A stretch of 64,000 bases of DNA, taken from contig NC_086109.1 in NCBI RefSeq assembly GCF_963921235.1, forward strand, positions 18,044,001-18,108,000, in the 5' to 3' direction. This document shows, piece after piece, positions 63,823-64,000 of this stretch. The stretch is from Mobula hypostoma. Taxonomy: Eukaryota. Each line of letters opens with the position of its first letter. The first letter of the stretch is position 1. The position numbers were made by a program, and so were the translations under genes. The notes below the pieces were generated by a model, which saw only the letters and a list, made by a program, of their open reading frames with translations, was not told the origin of the DNA and did not search any database.

Positions 63823-64000
63823 TGAAATGGTAACTTTGTTTCTCTTTTCACAGATGTGGTCTGACCATTTGAGTGTTTCCAGCATTTAAAAAAAAATTTT
63901 AGCCCTTCTTTAAGGATTTCGGCTTTCCTTCAGTTCTTCAAAACCTTCCTTCTGTTCTTCAAATCATCCTTCAATCAATTCACTCCTTTCAATCTCTCCA

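Overview
Vertebrate nuclear DNA, very probably from a cartilaginous fish (ray or shark), judged from the HE1-type V-SINE and the CR1/HER1-like, Rex1 and Penelope repeat mix. Most of the 64 kb is layered, mostly decayed transposable elements: CR1 LINEs (one nearly full length at ~49.2-56.5 kb), Rex1/Babar LINEs, RTE and Tx1 fragments, SINEs, solo LTRs, Tc1 fragments and a fossil Buster-type hAT transposase split by two LINE insertions. I cannot support any host protein-coding exon; a TE-free island at ~24.8-26.66 kb may be a promoter or first exon. The most striking signal is a Penelope-like (GIY-YIG) system. Its 3' terminal repeat carries a minimal type I hammerhead ribozyme (AGTC-CTGAnGA-A-stem II-GAAA-CGTC-GACT). 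This module has spread as ~200-240 bp non-coding fold-back elements with two inverted arms; four of them are flanked by clear 13-15 bp target-site duplications (TSDs). All calls come from reading the sequence by eye. Boundaries are approximate unless a TSD is quoted.
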